Assembly: GCA_964490935.1 (NCBI GenBank)
Contig: CAZBEO010000006.1
Location: forward strand, 5,261 to 69,260
DNA from: an uncultured Verrucomicrobiota bacterium
GTDB lineage: Bacteria; Verrucomicrobiota; Kiritimatiellia; RZYC01
Direction: 5' to 3'
Length of the DNA: 64,000 nt
Positions 32,338 through 42,929 of this stretch are shown one piece after another; position 1 is the first letter of the stretch, and every line of letters starts with the position of its first letter. A program made the position numbers and the translations under genes. Below the pieces are notes generated by a model. That model was not told the origin of the DNA. It searched no databases and was given only the letters and a program-made list of their open reading frames with translations.

Positions 32338-35300
32338 ATGAGCGTTTTGAAAGCATTGAGCAATTTGACGGTTAAGAGCAAGCTGATCGGGCTGGCCTTG
32401 TTTTCGATGTTGCTGATCGCCGGTATCGTGGCGGTCGGCATGGTCAACTATCTGAAAATTTCCTCCGCGCTCCTGGTCAAAGATCAGATTTATGTCATTT
32501 CAGAGGAGTTGCTTGATGCACGGGTTGCGGAGAAATCGTACCTGCAGTTTCACGACAAGGAGTATGCAGATAGCTTGGTGAGCATTGCGGCGCGGGCCCG
32601 GGAGAGCGCAGAAAAGCTGACACAGGAGAAACTTGGAGCGGCCCAGCAGAAGCTTGTCGGTGATATTTCCGAGCGGACACAGAATTACAGCGACAAGTTC
32701 AATGAGTTGGTCGAAGTCTATGCGGAGCGGGTTACGTGCAGAGAAACCATGAACGCGGCGTCTGTCCAGGCAGATGAAGTTCTTTCCAAGGTCTTGAGAA
32801 CCATCGGCGATCTGGAATACGAATTGATGCTGGACGGCGATTCGCTTACGGCGCAGCAGAGCGCCATATTGGGTTCGGCTGGCGATTGCAGAGTCTATCT
32901 CGCGGTGGCCAACAGCATGCAAAAAGCGTCCGTCATAAGCGGAGACTTGGCCGATTATGCCGCCTATACCAACTATATAGGGGGTTCCGCCGCTCTATCA
33001 CTGAGCGCCCTGGAGGTTGCTGCCAATAGCCTGGGTACGGTGCGCGACGTCAGCATGAAGGATATTGCAAAAGCCTTTCTGGATTCCGTGGCGGAGTATA
33101 AAACAGCATCTGGCAGGGCTCAGGATTTGTTTGTTCAAGAGCGGGCGATGACTCGGGAATTGGACGCCATCGGCACCGCCACCCAGGAGCAGGCAGGTCA
33201 ATTGATTGCCGGGGCCGCTGAATCGGTCGCGGCGACACAGCGTGCGGTCATTCGGATGATCACCTTGTTTCTTGTTGTGGGTATATTCCTCTTCGTGGTG
33301 GTGGTCGTGATCATCATCGTTTCCATTACGCGCCCGATTTCATTGATCACCAACGTGGCCACCGTTTTTCAAACAGGCGATTTTTCCGCTGAGATTTCGT
33401 ATCGTTCCAAAAATGAAATAGGTCAATTGGCGGATGCCTTCCGAAGCATGGCTCTTGCTCAGTCTAAAAAAATAGATGCGGCGGCAGCGATTTCAGACGG
33501 CGATTTGTCGGTCCAGATCGAATTGATGTCCGATCGTGACGCCTTGGGGAAATCCCTACAATCCATGGTTCGGGTGCTTCAGGATGTGATTCGGCAAAAT
33601 GAAGTGACCTGTCAGGCCCAGCAGGCGGGGGACCTTGACGCCCGTAACTGCCTGGATGGCTTGAGGGGCGACTACCAGACGCTGGCGGGTGGAGTAAACG
33701 CAGCGCTCGATAGTATCGCGCTGCCGATCGTTGAAGGGATCGGGATGCTCAATGAATATGCCCAGGGCGATGTGAGCCGCGAGATGCGCGAGCTGCCCGG
33801 AAAACAGATGATGCTTACGGACGGTTTGCGGAATATCCGCAGTAATCTTCAGAACATGATCGAAGATGCCCGGAGCCTTGCCCAGGCGGGGGCGGAAGGG
33901 CGCTTGAGTTTCCGGGCGGATACCACCAGGCTGCACGGGGATTTCCGCACCATTATCCAGGGGATCAACGATACGCTGGACCATGTGCTGGTTCCCATGC
34001 AGGAGGGGATGGAGGTCATCTCCCGCCTTTCTCAGTCCGAATTTGTGCGGATGGAAAAGGAGTATCCGGGCGATTACGCCGTGATACGCCGCAACGTGAA
34101 TCACGTATCCGATCCGTTGGCCACCATGACCGGGGAATTTGAAGGACTGGCGGCCGCAGTCAAAGAAGGCGATTTGGCGTTTCGCGCCAACGCCGAGGCC
34201 TTTGATGGTGCCTATCGTCGTATCGTGGATGTGGTCAACGCCTCTCTGGAGGCTGTGGCCACACCGATTCGGGAGGCTGGCGAAGTGCTTGGTGCCGCCG
34301 CAGAGCAGGACCTTACCGTGCGTGTCAGGGGCCGGTACAACGGGCAACTGGCGGAGTTTAAGGATAACGTCAATACGACCATCGAGAGGCTGAACGATGC
34401 GCTGGGGCAGGTGGCGCTCACCGTGAGTCAGGTGAACTCGGGCGCGGAGCAGATCAGCGACGCGAGTCAGTCGCTCTCACAGGGGGCGACGGAACAGGCG
34501 TCATCGCTGCAGGAGATTACCAGTTCCATGGCGGAAATCGCTTCCCAGGCCAAGACGAACGCCGAGAATGCGAACCAGGCCAACAGCTTGGCCGATGCGG
34601 TGCGCAAGTCGGCGGAGAAGGGGTCGGCACAGATGACGCAGATGACGGGCGCGATGGATTCCATTAATGCATCCAGCGCGCAGATCGCCAAGATCATCAA
34701 GGTGATTGATGATATTGCATTCCAGACCAACCTGCTGGCGTTAAATGCGGCGGTCGAGGCGGCGCGTGCCGGTCGTCACGGCAAGGGTTTTGCCGTGGTG
34801 GCGGATGAAGTGCGCAATCTGGCGGGTCGCAGCGCGAAGGCGGCGAAGGAAACGGCGGAGCTGATCGAATCTTCCGGCGCAAAGGCCAATGCCGGCATGC
34901 AGGTGGCGAATGCCACGGCGGAGTCCTTCAAAGATATCGTGGACGGGATCGTAAAGACGAATGATCTGGTGGGCGAGATTGCGGCAGCGTCGAGTGAGCA
35001 GGCGCAGGGCGTATCGCAAATCAACATCGGGTTGAGCCAGGTGGATCAAGTCACGCAGCAGAATACGGCCAACGCCGAGGAAACGGCATCGGCGGCGCAG
35101 GAATTGAGCAGTCAATCCGTGCGCCTGCACACACTGGTTGCGAAATTCCGGCTGAGTGGGGCAGCGGAAGAGGGTGAGGCGAAGTCCAGTGGCCGAGCGC
35201 TTCCGGCGGCATCGGAGTCTTCGTGGGGCCATGGGGACGAGGCGTCGAACGACAAGAGCATAATGAAGTGGTCGGAGGAGTTTTCCGTGGGGAACGGAAA

Positions 35301-35646
35301 GATGGATGCGCAGCATAAACGCCTGTTTGGGTTGATCAATAAGGTATACGGGGCGTTGCAAAGCGGCAAAGGCAATGAACAGGCGTTGGCGATTCTGGAG
35401 GAACTGGCGGATTACACACAGACGCACTTTTCGGAAGAAGAAGCTCTGATGCGTCTGTATAACTATCCAGGCCTCGATGAGCAGGTGGAGACGCACCGCG
35501 CTTTTGTTCAGAAGGTGGTTGATTTACAGGAGAGCGCACGGAAGGGACAGCCTTTGGGTGCCCGGGTCTTTATTTTCCTGAAAGATTGGCTGACGACGCA
35601 TATTTGCAAACTGGACAAACAATACAGCGATTATCTGCCGGAGTGA
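32338..35646 (+). CDS. Methyl-accepting chemotaxis protein with periplasmic helical sensor, poly-HAMP array and C-terminal bacteriohemerythrin domain (DcrH-like)
   Basis: Two TMs flank a 280-aa periplasmic domain. Multiple HAMP-like repeats. MA signalling domain ([50 protein letters not shown]). The last 115 aa (35290-35646) carry hemerythrin ligand spacing H-x3-E / H-x3-H / H-x4-D ([31 protein letters not shown]). Confidence 0.92.
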   Translation: MSVLKALSNLTVKSKLIGLALFSMLLIAGIVAVGMVNYLKISSALLVKDQIYVISEELLDARVAEKSYLQFHDKEYADSLVSIAARARESAEKLTQEKLGAAQQKLVGDISERTQNYSDKFNELVEVYAERVTCRETMNAASVQADEVLSKVLRTIGDLEYELMLDGDSLTAQQSAILGSAGDCRVYLAVANSMQKASVISGDLADYAAYTNYIGGSAALSLSALEVAANSLGTVRDVSMKDIAKAFLDSVAEYKTASGRAQDLFVQERAMTRELDAIGTATQEQAGQLIAGAAESVAATQRAVIRMITLFLVVGIFLFVVVVVIIIVSITRPISLITNVATVFQTGDFSAEISYRSKNEIGQLADAFRSMALAQSKKIDAAAAISDGDLSVQIELMSDRDALGKSLQSMVRVLQDVIRQNEVTCQAQQAGDLDARNCLDGLRGDYQTLAGGVNAALDSIALPIVEGIGMLNEYAQGDVSREMRELPGKQMMLTDGLRNIRSNLQNMIEDARSLAQAGAEGRLSFRADTTRLHGDFRTIIQGINDTLDHVLVPMQEGMEVISRLSQSEFVRMEKEYPGDYAVIRRNVNHVSDPLATMTGEFEGLAAAVKEGDLAFRANAEAFDGAYRRIVDVVNASLEAVATPIREAGEVLGAAAEQDLTVRVRGRYNGQLAEFKDNVNTTIERLNDALGQVALTVSQVNSGAEQISDASQSLSQGATEQASSLQEITSSMAEIASQAKTNAENANQANSLADAVRKSAEKGSAQMTQMTGAMDSINASSAQIAKIIKVIDDIAFQTNLLALNAAVEAARAGRHGKGFAVVADEVRNLAGRSAKAAKETAELIESSGAKANAGMQVANATAESFKDIVDGIVKTNDLVGEIAAASSEQAQGVSQINIGLSQVDQVTQQNTANAEETASAAQELSSQSVRLHTLVAKFRLSGAAEEGEAKSSGRALPAASESSWGHGDEASNDKSIMKWSEEFSVGNGKMDAQHKRLFGLINKVYGALQSGKGNEQALAILEELADYTQTHFSEEEALMRLYNYPGLDEQVETHRAFVQKVVDLQESARKGQPLGARVFIFLKDWLTTHICKLDKQYSDYLPE

Positions 35647-36122
35647 CGAAAAAAATCAGGCAAGCCTATCAGGCGGATTGGATTGGCCTGTTGCGTGATG
35701 CAGGATTAACGGTGGTTTCCTATCTTCCCGAAAACAGTCTGCTCCTGCGCGGGAGCGAAGCGGCCTTGGTGCGTGGACGCGGCTTTGCCTTTGTGGAATG
35801 GATGGGGCCTTATCTGCCGGAGTATAAGCAGGGAAAATCCTGGGCGAGGTCTGAAGATAGAGCCTCGTGGCAGGCCTTGAATCCGGTGGCGGGGAAGCGC
35901 GATGCTCCCGGGCGCATGGCCTTTGATGGGATACCGCCGGACCAGCTCAATGTGATGACGCCTCGGGCGGAGGATGCAGAGTCCGTGCGACATTTCCTTG
36001 AAACCCACGGGGCCGTGGTGACGGCGGTCAGCACCAGTGGCGTAAAAGGATTTTTGCGCACGGAGATTCCGCCGTCGTTGGTTGACGAACTCACGGCGCG
36101 GGCGGATTGGAATTGCCAGTGA
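35643..36122 (+). CDS. Hypothetical protein (GTG start overlapping the MCP stop); possibly the N-terminal part of a frame-disrupted gene
   Basis: GTG at 35643 overlaps the MCP TGA (gaGTGA). No recognisable domain. The ORF-track start 35586 lies inside the MCP gene. Confidence 0.3.
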   Translation: MTKKIRQAYQADWIGLLRDAGLTVVSYLPENSLLLRGSEAALVRGRGFAFVEWMGPYLPEYKQGKSWARSEDRASWQALNPVAGKRDAPGRMAFDGIPPDQLNVMTPRAEDAESVRHFLETHGAVVTAVSTSGVKGFLRTEIPPSLVDELTARADWNCQ

Positions 36123-36709
36123 ATCTGAACGAATTATTCCTGCCGTGCTATGAACTGGGCGCACGTATTCATTCCGACAGTTGGGGCGACTCGGAACGCA
36201 GCTACCGACTGGAAACCTATCAGATCGATGTCATTTCCAATTGTTTCATTGAAGCACTGACTCCATCACAGGCTGTCGCCTATTACTCCTCGACCAACGA
36301 TCCATGCCTCAATGCCGATGGACATCTGCTTCCCGCATCACCCGTGAAAGACCACGCCGAATCGACAGTGGTGAAGGACATCGACGGAGAGGGTGCTTGG
36401 GATGATCCTTCTGTAACCAATCAGCACGGCATTGCCGATCTCGGTGCGGATGAATGGGTGGATAACGATCTGGATGCGGAGTCGTTTCTTGCTCTCGCGC
36501 TGATGGATTTGGATGCCGAATCCGGTTCGCAGAAGGTGGCGTGGTCCAGCGTGGCAGGGCGACATTATGCCGTCCTGCATACGACGAATCTAGTCGAAGA
36601 TGCTTGGTTGCCTCTTGCGACCAACCTGCCGGCCCATCCGCCGCAGAACGTCTATACCGCATCACTGGAGCAGACGCTGGGCTGCTACCTCATCCGCGTC
36701 GAAAGGTAA
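36107..36709 (+). CDS. Hypothetical protein; overlaps the previous ORF by 16 nt in a different frame
   Basis: Contains RIHSDSWGDSE, faintly reminiscent of the kexin/subtilase IYSASWGPEDD block, but other subtilase motifs are absent. May be the 3' part of a frameshifted gene. Confidence 0.3.
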   Translation: MELPVNLNELFLPCYELGARIHSDSWGDSERSYRLETYQIDVISNCFIEALTPSQAVAYYSSTNDPCLNADGHLLPASPVKDHAESTVVKDIDGEGAWDDPSVTNQHGIADLGADEWVDNDLDAESFLALALMDLDAESGSQKVAWSSVAGRHYAVLHTTNLVEDAWLPLATNLPAHPPQNVYTASLEQTLGCYLIRVER

Positions 36710-36710
36710 C

Positions 36711-39170
36711 TCACTCCAGCGACATGGAAATGGCTTCGCGAATCCGGTCGGCCATCTCCTGATATTCTTCTTCGGACGGCGTCACCGGCGGCAAAATGCG
36801 CACCGTGACCGGCGCGAAAAACCGGGGCAGACGGCGACCCGGCGGAAGGGCTTCAAACGCGCCTTGAATCGCCGCTGGCAGCACCGGCACCTTCCGTTCG
36901 AGGCTCAGCATCGCGAAGGTGGGACGAAACGCCCCCAGGTGTCCATCGCGCGTTCGCGTACCTTCGGGGAAAATGATGACGCTCCCGCCGCTTTGCAGCG
37001 CCGCACTCATTTTCTGGATGGATTCGCGCAGGCGCTTGTTGATGTCCATCACAATCACGTTACAGTGCCGCGCGAGATAGCGCAAAAACACATTATTCAC
37101 ATGCCGCTCCTTGGCATAGAAAAACACCTGCTGCATGCGGCGGGCCGTAAGTGCAGCGGAAAGAAAAAGCCCATCCAGATAGCTGCCGTGATTCGCCACC
37201 AGAATAAATGGACCCTGCGCCGGAATATTTTCCACCCCCTCGACGCGTACGCGGAAACAGACGCGAATCAACCCATTCAGCAGGCGCACCAGCGAGCGGT
37301 GCAGCCAACCGCTATGCGGCAGATCGACCGCCTCGCCGGAAGTCAGAATGTCCTTCCAGTGGAACGTCTTTTCCACATCGCGATCTTTGTGGCCGTCAAT
37401 GTATTCCGCCAGTTGGCGCACCGTGGTCAAGCGCTCGAAATCCACGTCCGCCAGTTCCACCCCAAACGACTCGCGCACATACACCTGCAAGCTGATGCGC
37501 CCGAGGGAATCCAGCCCAAGGTCGGCCGTCAGCCGCGCATCCGCCGTGACAGGCAGGCTCACCAGCCGCCCCAGGCACTGCATCAGCCGTCGGCATGTGG
37601 CCGACGGAGCTTCCACCTCTCGCTCTGCCTCTAACACCGCACGCCCCGCCAACTCCGGCAGCAGAAAACGCCGCAGCTTCCCCAGCCGCGTACGCGGCAA
37701 CTCCTGCGCCACCAGCCAGGAGCGGGCGATTTTCTTGTATGAAGCGGCCTTCTCATTATACGGCGCAAGAATCTGTTCCTCCGCCCAGGTCTCGTCCGCC
37801 CCGGCGGGTGCCTGCTCACCCAGACGCAGCGCCGCCTGCAATACGTCATCACGCAGAAACACGCCCACTTCGCACAGTGCCGGCGAAACCGACAACAGCT
37901 TTTCCTCTACCTCCGCCGGGTTCACCTTCTTCCCGCTTGGCAACACGAGAATCTCCTTGATGCGTCCGGTGATGAACAAGCGACCATCCGCATCAAGCCG
38001 ACCGGTATCACCCGTATACAGCCATCCGTCGCGCAGCACCTCGGCGGTCTCCTCGGGGCGTCCGTAATACCCCTGCATCACGTTCGGTCCACGCGTAATG
38101 ATTTCCCCATCCTGAATGCGCACCTCATTGCACTCAAGGGCCTGACCACACGAGCCCGGACACACCCCGTCTGGACGCGGAAACGTGATCATAGGAGCCG
38201 CCTCCGTCATGCCATAGCCCTCCAGCACGCAGAACCCCAGCGTACGCAGGCATTCCGCCACCGCCGGGTCCAGCGGAGCGCCCCCGCTCACCATAAACTG
38301 CATGTGCCCACCGAACTTCTCATGCACCTTGCGAAAAAGCCGCCGCGAAAACGCGGGCGAGCCCACCCGCCGCGCCAGACCATACAGTGTCCGAGCCACC
38401 ACAGACTCTGCAAAGCGAGCCTGGATATTGCCCGCAATCAAAGCATAAAACCGGGGCACGCCGATAATCAGTGTCACCGCATGACGCTGCAGTGTCGCCA
38501 TCATATCCGCCGGCGAAAGCGAAGGCGTGAACACCAGCGTACCCGCCGTGGCCAGCGGTGCCAGCACCGACCCCACCAGTGGCAGCACGTGATGCAGTGG
38601 CAGCAGCACCAACGTCCGTTGATCCCGCGTGAAAATACCCGCCGCGCCTACCGCACGCACATTCTCCATCAGATTATTGAACGAAAGCATCACGCCCTTC
38701 GGCTTGCCCGTGGTGCCCGAAGTATAAATAATCACGGCCGTCTGCTCCGCATCTCCCGCCACCTCAACCGGCGCGGAGTGCGATGCGCACGCCTCTGCCA
38801 ACTCCTCCACCACCATCAACCGACACGAAACGCCCGCCTGCTCCAACGCCGCACGCGCACGCCCCTCCGACTGACGCGAACACACCAGCAGCTCTGGACG
38901 GCAGTCGCTCAGAATAAAAGCCACCTCGTCCGGCGGCAGCTCGTGATCGATCGTCACATTCACCGCCCCGCGCAACCACACCGCATAAAAAGCGAACACC
39001 CATTCCGGTCGGTTCTCCAGATACAGCGCGACCCTGGAACCGGATACAGGCTCCAGCGTGCTTGCCGTGTCGCCCACCGCCTTCAACAGCTCCGCATAGG
39101 AGACCACCCGGTCACCCGCCAGCATCGCCGTCTTCCCCTCATCCTTCAAAAAGTAAATAGTCATCCTCAA
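36711..39170 (-). CDS. Tri-domain acyl-activating enzyme: AMP-dependent synthetase/ligase + acyl-carrier (phosphopantetheine) domain + 1-acyl-sn-glycerol-3-phosphate acyltransferase (PlsC/LPLAT); Aas-like
   Basis: AMP-binding motif IIYTSGTTGKPKGVMLS. Carrier-domain motif DLGLDSLGRISL. LPLAT motifs HxxxxD (VANHGSYLDGLF) and FPEGTRTRDG. Confidence 0.85.
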   Translation of the reverse strand: MRMTIYFLKDEGKTAMLAGDRVVSYAELLKAVGDTASTLEPVSGSRVALYLENRPEWVFAFYAVWLRGAVNVTIDHELPPDEVAFILSDCRPELLVCSRQSEGRARAALEQAGVSCRLMVVEELAEACASHSAPVEVAGDAEQTAVIIYTSGTTGKPKGVMLSFNNLMENVRAVGAAGIFTRDQRTLVLLPLHHVLPLVGSVLAPLATAGTLVFTPSLSPADMMATLQRHAVTLIIGVPRFYALIAGNIQARFAESVVARTLYGLARRVGSPAFSRRLFRKVHEKFGGHMQFMVSGGAPLDPAVAECLRTLGFCVLEGYGMTEAAPMITFPRPDGVCPGSCGQALECNEVRIQDGEIITRGPNVMQGYYGRPEETAEVLRDGWLYTGDTGRLDADGRLFITGRIKEILVLPSGKKVNPAEVEEKLLSVSPALCEVGVFLRDDVLQAALRLGEQAPAGADETWAEEQILAPYNEKAASYKKIARSWLVAQELPRTRLGKLRRFLLPELAGRAVLEAEREVEAPSATCRRLMQCLGRLVSLPVTADARLTADLGLDSLGRISLQVYVRESFGVELADVDFERLTTVRQLAEYIDGHKDRDVEKTFHWKDILTSGEAVDLPHSGWLHRSLVRLLNGLIRVCFRVRVEGVENIPAQGPFILVANHGSYLDGLFLSAALTARRMQQVFFYAKERHVNNVFLRYLARHCNVIVMDINKRLRESIQKMSAALQSGGSVIIFPEGTRTRDGHLGAFRPTFAMLSLERKVPVLPAAIQGAFEALPPGRRLPRFFAPVTVRILPPVTPSEEEYQEMADRIREAISMSLE

Positions 39171-39269
39171 CCTCCAAAATCACTCATCAACTAAAGCAAA
39201 GGAGCAATACAACGACCTAGGCGCATAGTAGCAAAGAGAAGCAAGAATTCATACCAACAACGGAAGAAG

Positions 39270-41729
39270 TTATCGAAGGGGACGCTTCCCCGGCAGGCAG
39301 ATGTCGATAACCTCCTGAAAATGTTCGACGTAATGCACGGTCAGTCCCTTGCGCACATGCGCGGGCAATTCTTCAAAATCCTGTTGATTGTTTTTTGGAA
39401 GAATGAGTTTTTTAATTTTTGCGCGGCGGGCGGCGAGTGTTTTTTCCTTCACACCGCCAATCGGCATGACGAGTCCGGTGAGAGTCAACTCGCCGGTCAT
39501 GGCCAACCCCGCCTTGATGGGGCGGTTCACCGCCAGGGAATACAGCGCGAGGGCCATGGTGATGCCCGCCGATGGCCCATCCTTGGGCGTGGCACCCGCC
39601 GGAACATGCAGATGAATGGCGTTGCGGCGGAAAAAAGTTCGCGCTTCTTCGGAGGTGCTCAGCAGGGAACGGACGTAGGTGTAGGCGATTTCAGAGGACT
39701 CTACCATCACTTCGCCAAGCTGTCCGGTCTGTTTGAAGCCGGGGCGTCCGGTTTCGACACACTGGGCTTCGATGAAGAGTGTATCCCCGCCCATGCTGGT
39801 CCAGGCCAGGCCGGTCACCACGCCAGGGATCGGCTTCTTGTAGTACTGCTCGTCGGTGAAAAGGCGTTTGCCGAGCAGATCGGGCAGGTCTTTTTCGTCG
39901 ATCCGTGCGGCTTGGCACTTGCCTTCCATGATGCGTTTGACGGATTTGCGCATGAGTTTGCGGATGTGATTTTCGAGTCCGCGTACGCCGGGTTCGCGGG
40001 CGTATCCATCAATCATGCTTCGGAGTGCCTTTGGTGTGATGGAGAACTGCGCTTTGGTCAGGCCGTGTTCCTTGAGTTGTTTTGGAATCAGAAAGCGCCG
40101 GGCAATCTGGAGTTTTTCCTGGAGGATATAGCCGGCCAGCTTGATGACTTCCATGCGATCGAGCAGAGGGCGCGGAATGGTATCGAGCTGATTAGCGGTG
40201 CAGATGAAGAAGACGTTGGAAAGGTCGAAGCGGACATCCAGGTAGTGATCAAGAAATTCGCAGTTCTGCTCGGGGTCCAACACTTCAAGCAGCGCGGAAG
40301 CGGGGTCGCCCTGATAGCTCGCGCCGATTTTGTCGATTTCATCAATCATGATGACAGGATTTTGACTCTTGCAGGTCTTGATCGCCTGAACGAATTTGCC
40401 GGGCAATGCGCCGATGTAGGTGCGCCGGTGGCCTTTTATTTCGGACTCATCGCGAATTCCGCCGACGGAAAAGCGGTAGAAATTCCGTCCGATGCTGTTG
40501 GCGATCGACTTGCCGATGGAGGTTTTTCCCACACCGGGCGGGCCTACAAAGCACAGGATCGTGCCGGATATGCTTCCTTTCATCATGCCCACAGAAAGAA
40601 ATTCTAGGATGCGCTCTTTCACATCCTCAAGTCCGTAGTGATCGCGGTCCAGCGTGCGTGCGGCCTTGGTCACATCGCAGCGGTCCTCCGTGTGAATGCC
40701 CCAAGGCAGCCCGGTCAGCCATTCCAGATAATTTCGCGTCACGGTGAATTCAGGTGAATGCTGCTCAATGAGTTTGAACTTTTCCATTTCCTCGTCGATG
40801 CGCTCGCGGGCCTCCTGCGGCAACGTCAGCTCGCCAATACGTTTCTCGAACCGCTCGACCTCCGTTTCCTTGCCTTCCTTGGAAATGCCCAGCTCTTTCT
40901 TGATTTCCTCAAGCTGTTTCCGCAGGAAAAAATCGCGCTGCTGCTTGCTTAGGTTTTCCTCAATGCTTCGGTTAATCTTGGCCTGAATGCGCGAGATATC
41001 GATTTCCTTTTTCAGCAGCTCTAGCACCTTTTTGATGCGCAGGCGGATGCTGAACGTACTGAGAATTTCCTGTAGATCCGGTCCATCCGCCGTCGTCAAG
41101 GCGGCGGCAAAATCGGCGAGGCGTCCGGGGTCATTCAGCGATGAAATGGAAAGGAAGATGCTCAACTCTTCTTTATGCAGGGGATTCAACTGCACGAGGT
41201 CCTTGATGCTCCGAATGATGGCCAGCGAATAGGCCTTCAGTTCGTCGTTCACCGTCATGTTGCTCTCGAGCTCATATTCCACGGAGGTCACGATGTAGGG
41301 CTTTTCCTGTACCACGTCCGTAATACGAAAACGCTCAAGCACCGACAGCATGAGATGCATCGGCAGGGCCGCCGCCGGATGAACCACTTCCAAAATCTCT
41401 GCCAACACGCCGGTGGAATATAAATCCGCCCCGGCCACGATCCCGCCCTCGGAATCGACCTGATCCTTGACCAACACCACACCGATCAGACGGGATTCAC
41501 CCTTCAGCTGCTCCGCAATCATCTTCTTCAGATGGTCGTCGCCAATCAGCATAGGTAGCTGCATCTTCGGAAAGAGAGGGCGATGATACACTGGTACAAT
41601 CGGCAGCCAGGGCGGATAAGGCTGACGCGCCAACACCAGATTCGACTCGGACTGCTCCCCCTCCTCTTCCGACGGCTGAATCACTGTTGAGGGCTCAGGC
41701 TTCTCTTGTTCCTTTTTTCCGTTTTTCAT
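39270..41729 (-). CDS. lon: ATP-dependent protease Lon
   Basis: Lon N-domain, AAA+ module (GPPGVGKTSIGKSIANSIGRNFYRFSVGG), proteolytic domain with the PKDGPSAG catalytic Ser motif. Likely start MKNGKKEQ at 41729 (ORF track 41795). Confidence 0.97.
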   Translation of the reverse strand: MKNGKKEQEKPEPSTVIQPSEEEGEQSESNLVLARQPYPPWLPIVPVYHRPLFPKMQLPMLIGDDHLKKMIAEQLKGESRLIGVVLVKDQVDSEGGIVAGADLYSTGVLAEILEVVHPAAALPMHLMLSVLERFRITDVVQEKPYIVTSVEYELESNMTVNDELKAYSLAIIRSIKDLVQLNPLHKEELSIFLSISSLNDPGRLADFAAALTTADGPDLQEILSTFSIRLRIKKVLELLKKEIDISRIQAKINRSIEENLSKQQRDFFLRKQLEEIKKELGISKEGKETEVERFEKRIGELTLPQEARERIDEEMEKFKLIEQHSPEFTVTRNYLEWLTGLPWGIHTEDRCDVTKAARTLDRDHYGLEDVKERILEFLSVGMMKGSISGTILCFVGPPGVGKTSIGKSIANSIGRNFYRFSVGGIRDESEIKGHRRTYIGALPGKFVQAIKTCKSQNPVIMIDEIDKIGASYQGDPASALLEVLDPEQNCEFLDHYLDVRFDLSNVFFICTANQLDTIPRPLLDRMEVIKLAGYILQEKLQIARRFLIPKQLKEHGLTKAQFSITPKALRSMIDGYAREPGVRGLENHIRKLMRKSVKRIMEGKCQAARIDEKDLPDLLGKRLFTDEQYYKKPIPGVVTGLAWTSMGGDTLFIEAQCVETGRPGFKQTGQLGEVMVESSEIAYTYVRSLLSTSEEARTFFRRNAIHLHVPAGATPKDGPSAGITMALALYSLAVNRPIKAGLAMTGELTLTGLVMPIGGVKEKTLAARRAKIKKLILPKNNQQDFEELPAHVRKGLTVHYVEHFQEVIDICLPGKRPLR

Positions 41730-41876
41730 AGGGACTTCCCGATCGTGATAGAAGATGACGGAGCACATCGTAATCGCCCATAGCTCACGGGTCAAGCGGA
41801 TCGCGAGCCGTTTCTGCTTGTTTTGCCGGGGTCCTTTTGTGAAAGTCTACGTCGCAATAGGGAGATTACGCTGCCA

Positions 41877-42776
41877 ATGAATAGAAGATCATTCCGCCGG
41901 CTATGCCTGCTGCTTCTGCTGTTTTGTTTCGTCAGTTTGGGTTGTACCGTTTTGCGGGGCGGTGATCCGGCGAGGAAGCCCCGTCAGCAGGTACGTGCCA
42001 CAAAAGCCTGGCTTTGTTACTACGGCAATGACCGGGGCGTGCTGACGGCTAATCCCTTGATCGATCTGTTGATTCTGGATGCCGACGAGTTGGGCCCGCT
42101 GACCAGGGAGGAAAAGAATAACCGCCTCTGTCTGGCCTATCTCAGCGTGGGTGAGGCAGAAGAATTTCGCATGTATTGGAAGGGTATTCGCAATAAATCC
42201 TGGGTGCTGGGAAAGAATCCGGATTGGCCGGGCGATCATCTGGTGGATGTGCGCAGTGAGGAATGGTGCCGTTTGCTGACCCATGAGGTCGCCCCGCGCT
42301 TGATGGCTGCTGGCTATGATGGGTTTATGCTCGATACACTGGATACGGCGGAGACCCTGCTACAATCTGATCCCGTCACCTACGCCGGCGTGAACGAGAC
42401 CATGGCCGACCTTGTTTTAACGCTGCGCAAACGCTGGCCGGACGCCGTGATTCTGGTGAACCGCGGCTTTGACGTACTTCCCTTGATTGCCCCGCAAATT
42501 GACGGGGTTCTGGTGGAGGGGGTTCGTTCAACCATGGACTTCAAGCGCAAACGCTCGCGGATGCTCTCCACCGATGAGTGCCTTTGGATCGAAAAGAAAC
42601 TGGAAGCAGCTCAAAACGCCGGGCTGCCTATTTTTGCACTGGATTATGTGGCCCCGCCGGACCCAGATCAGGCCGCCGCCGTGTATCACCGGCTTCAACG
42701 TCTTGGATACCGCCCGCTGATCAGTACGCCGGACCTGTCGCATTACGACTTTCCGTATGTGTACACCGGGCCCTAG
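41877..42776 (+). CDS. Lipoprotein with GH114/TM1410-like TIM-barrel glycoside-hydrolase fold (putative endo-alpha-1,4-polygalactosaminidase-type)
   Basis: Lipobox FVSLGC after MNRRSFRRLCLLLLLF. Body resembles GH114-type barrels (WLCYYG...LLILDADE...AYLSVGEAEEFRMYW...GYDGFMLDTLDTAE...VNRGFDVL). Assignment is by recollection only. Confidence 0.4.
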   Translation: MNRRSFRRLCLLLLLFCFVSLGCTVLRGGDPARKPRQQVRATKAWLCYYGNDRGVLTANPLIDLLILDADELGPLTREEKNNRLCLAYLSVGEAEEFRMYWKGIRNKSWVLGKNPDWPGDHLVDVRSEEWCRLLTHEVAPRLMAAGYDGFMLDTLDTAETLLQSDPVTYAGVNETMADLVLTLRKRWPDAVILVNRGFDVLPLIAPQIDGVLVEGVRSTMDFKRKRSRMLSTDECLWIEKKLEAAQNAGLPIFALDYVAPPDPDQAAAVYHRLQRLGYRPLISTPDLSHYDFPYVYTGP

Positions 42777-42810
42777 CAGGCTACCGGGCTTTGGCCCGCC
42801 ATCTTCTCCA

Positions 42811-42831
42811 CGTCCGCTCGGCGAGCGGACG
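42811..42831. repeat. Palindromic repeat core copy (cgtccgctcg-g-cgagcggacg)
   Basis: Same core as 3775-3797. In the spacer between the GH114-like gene and cstA. Confidence 0.5.
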
Positions 42832-42929
42832 GCTACCAGCTCGGAATATCGTGCAAATCCTGCTTGACCCATTTTTCTGGCGGGAGCATCTTTGGAACGT
42901 TTCTATCCATTATCAGGAGGAGGGGTTTC

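Noticed and set aside
35586-35646. ORF-track start at 35586 for the post-MCP ORF.
   Set aside because: It would overlap 60 nt of the MCP gene in another frame. A GTG at 35643 overlapping the MCP stop codon is a more plausible start.
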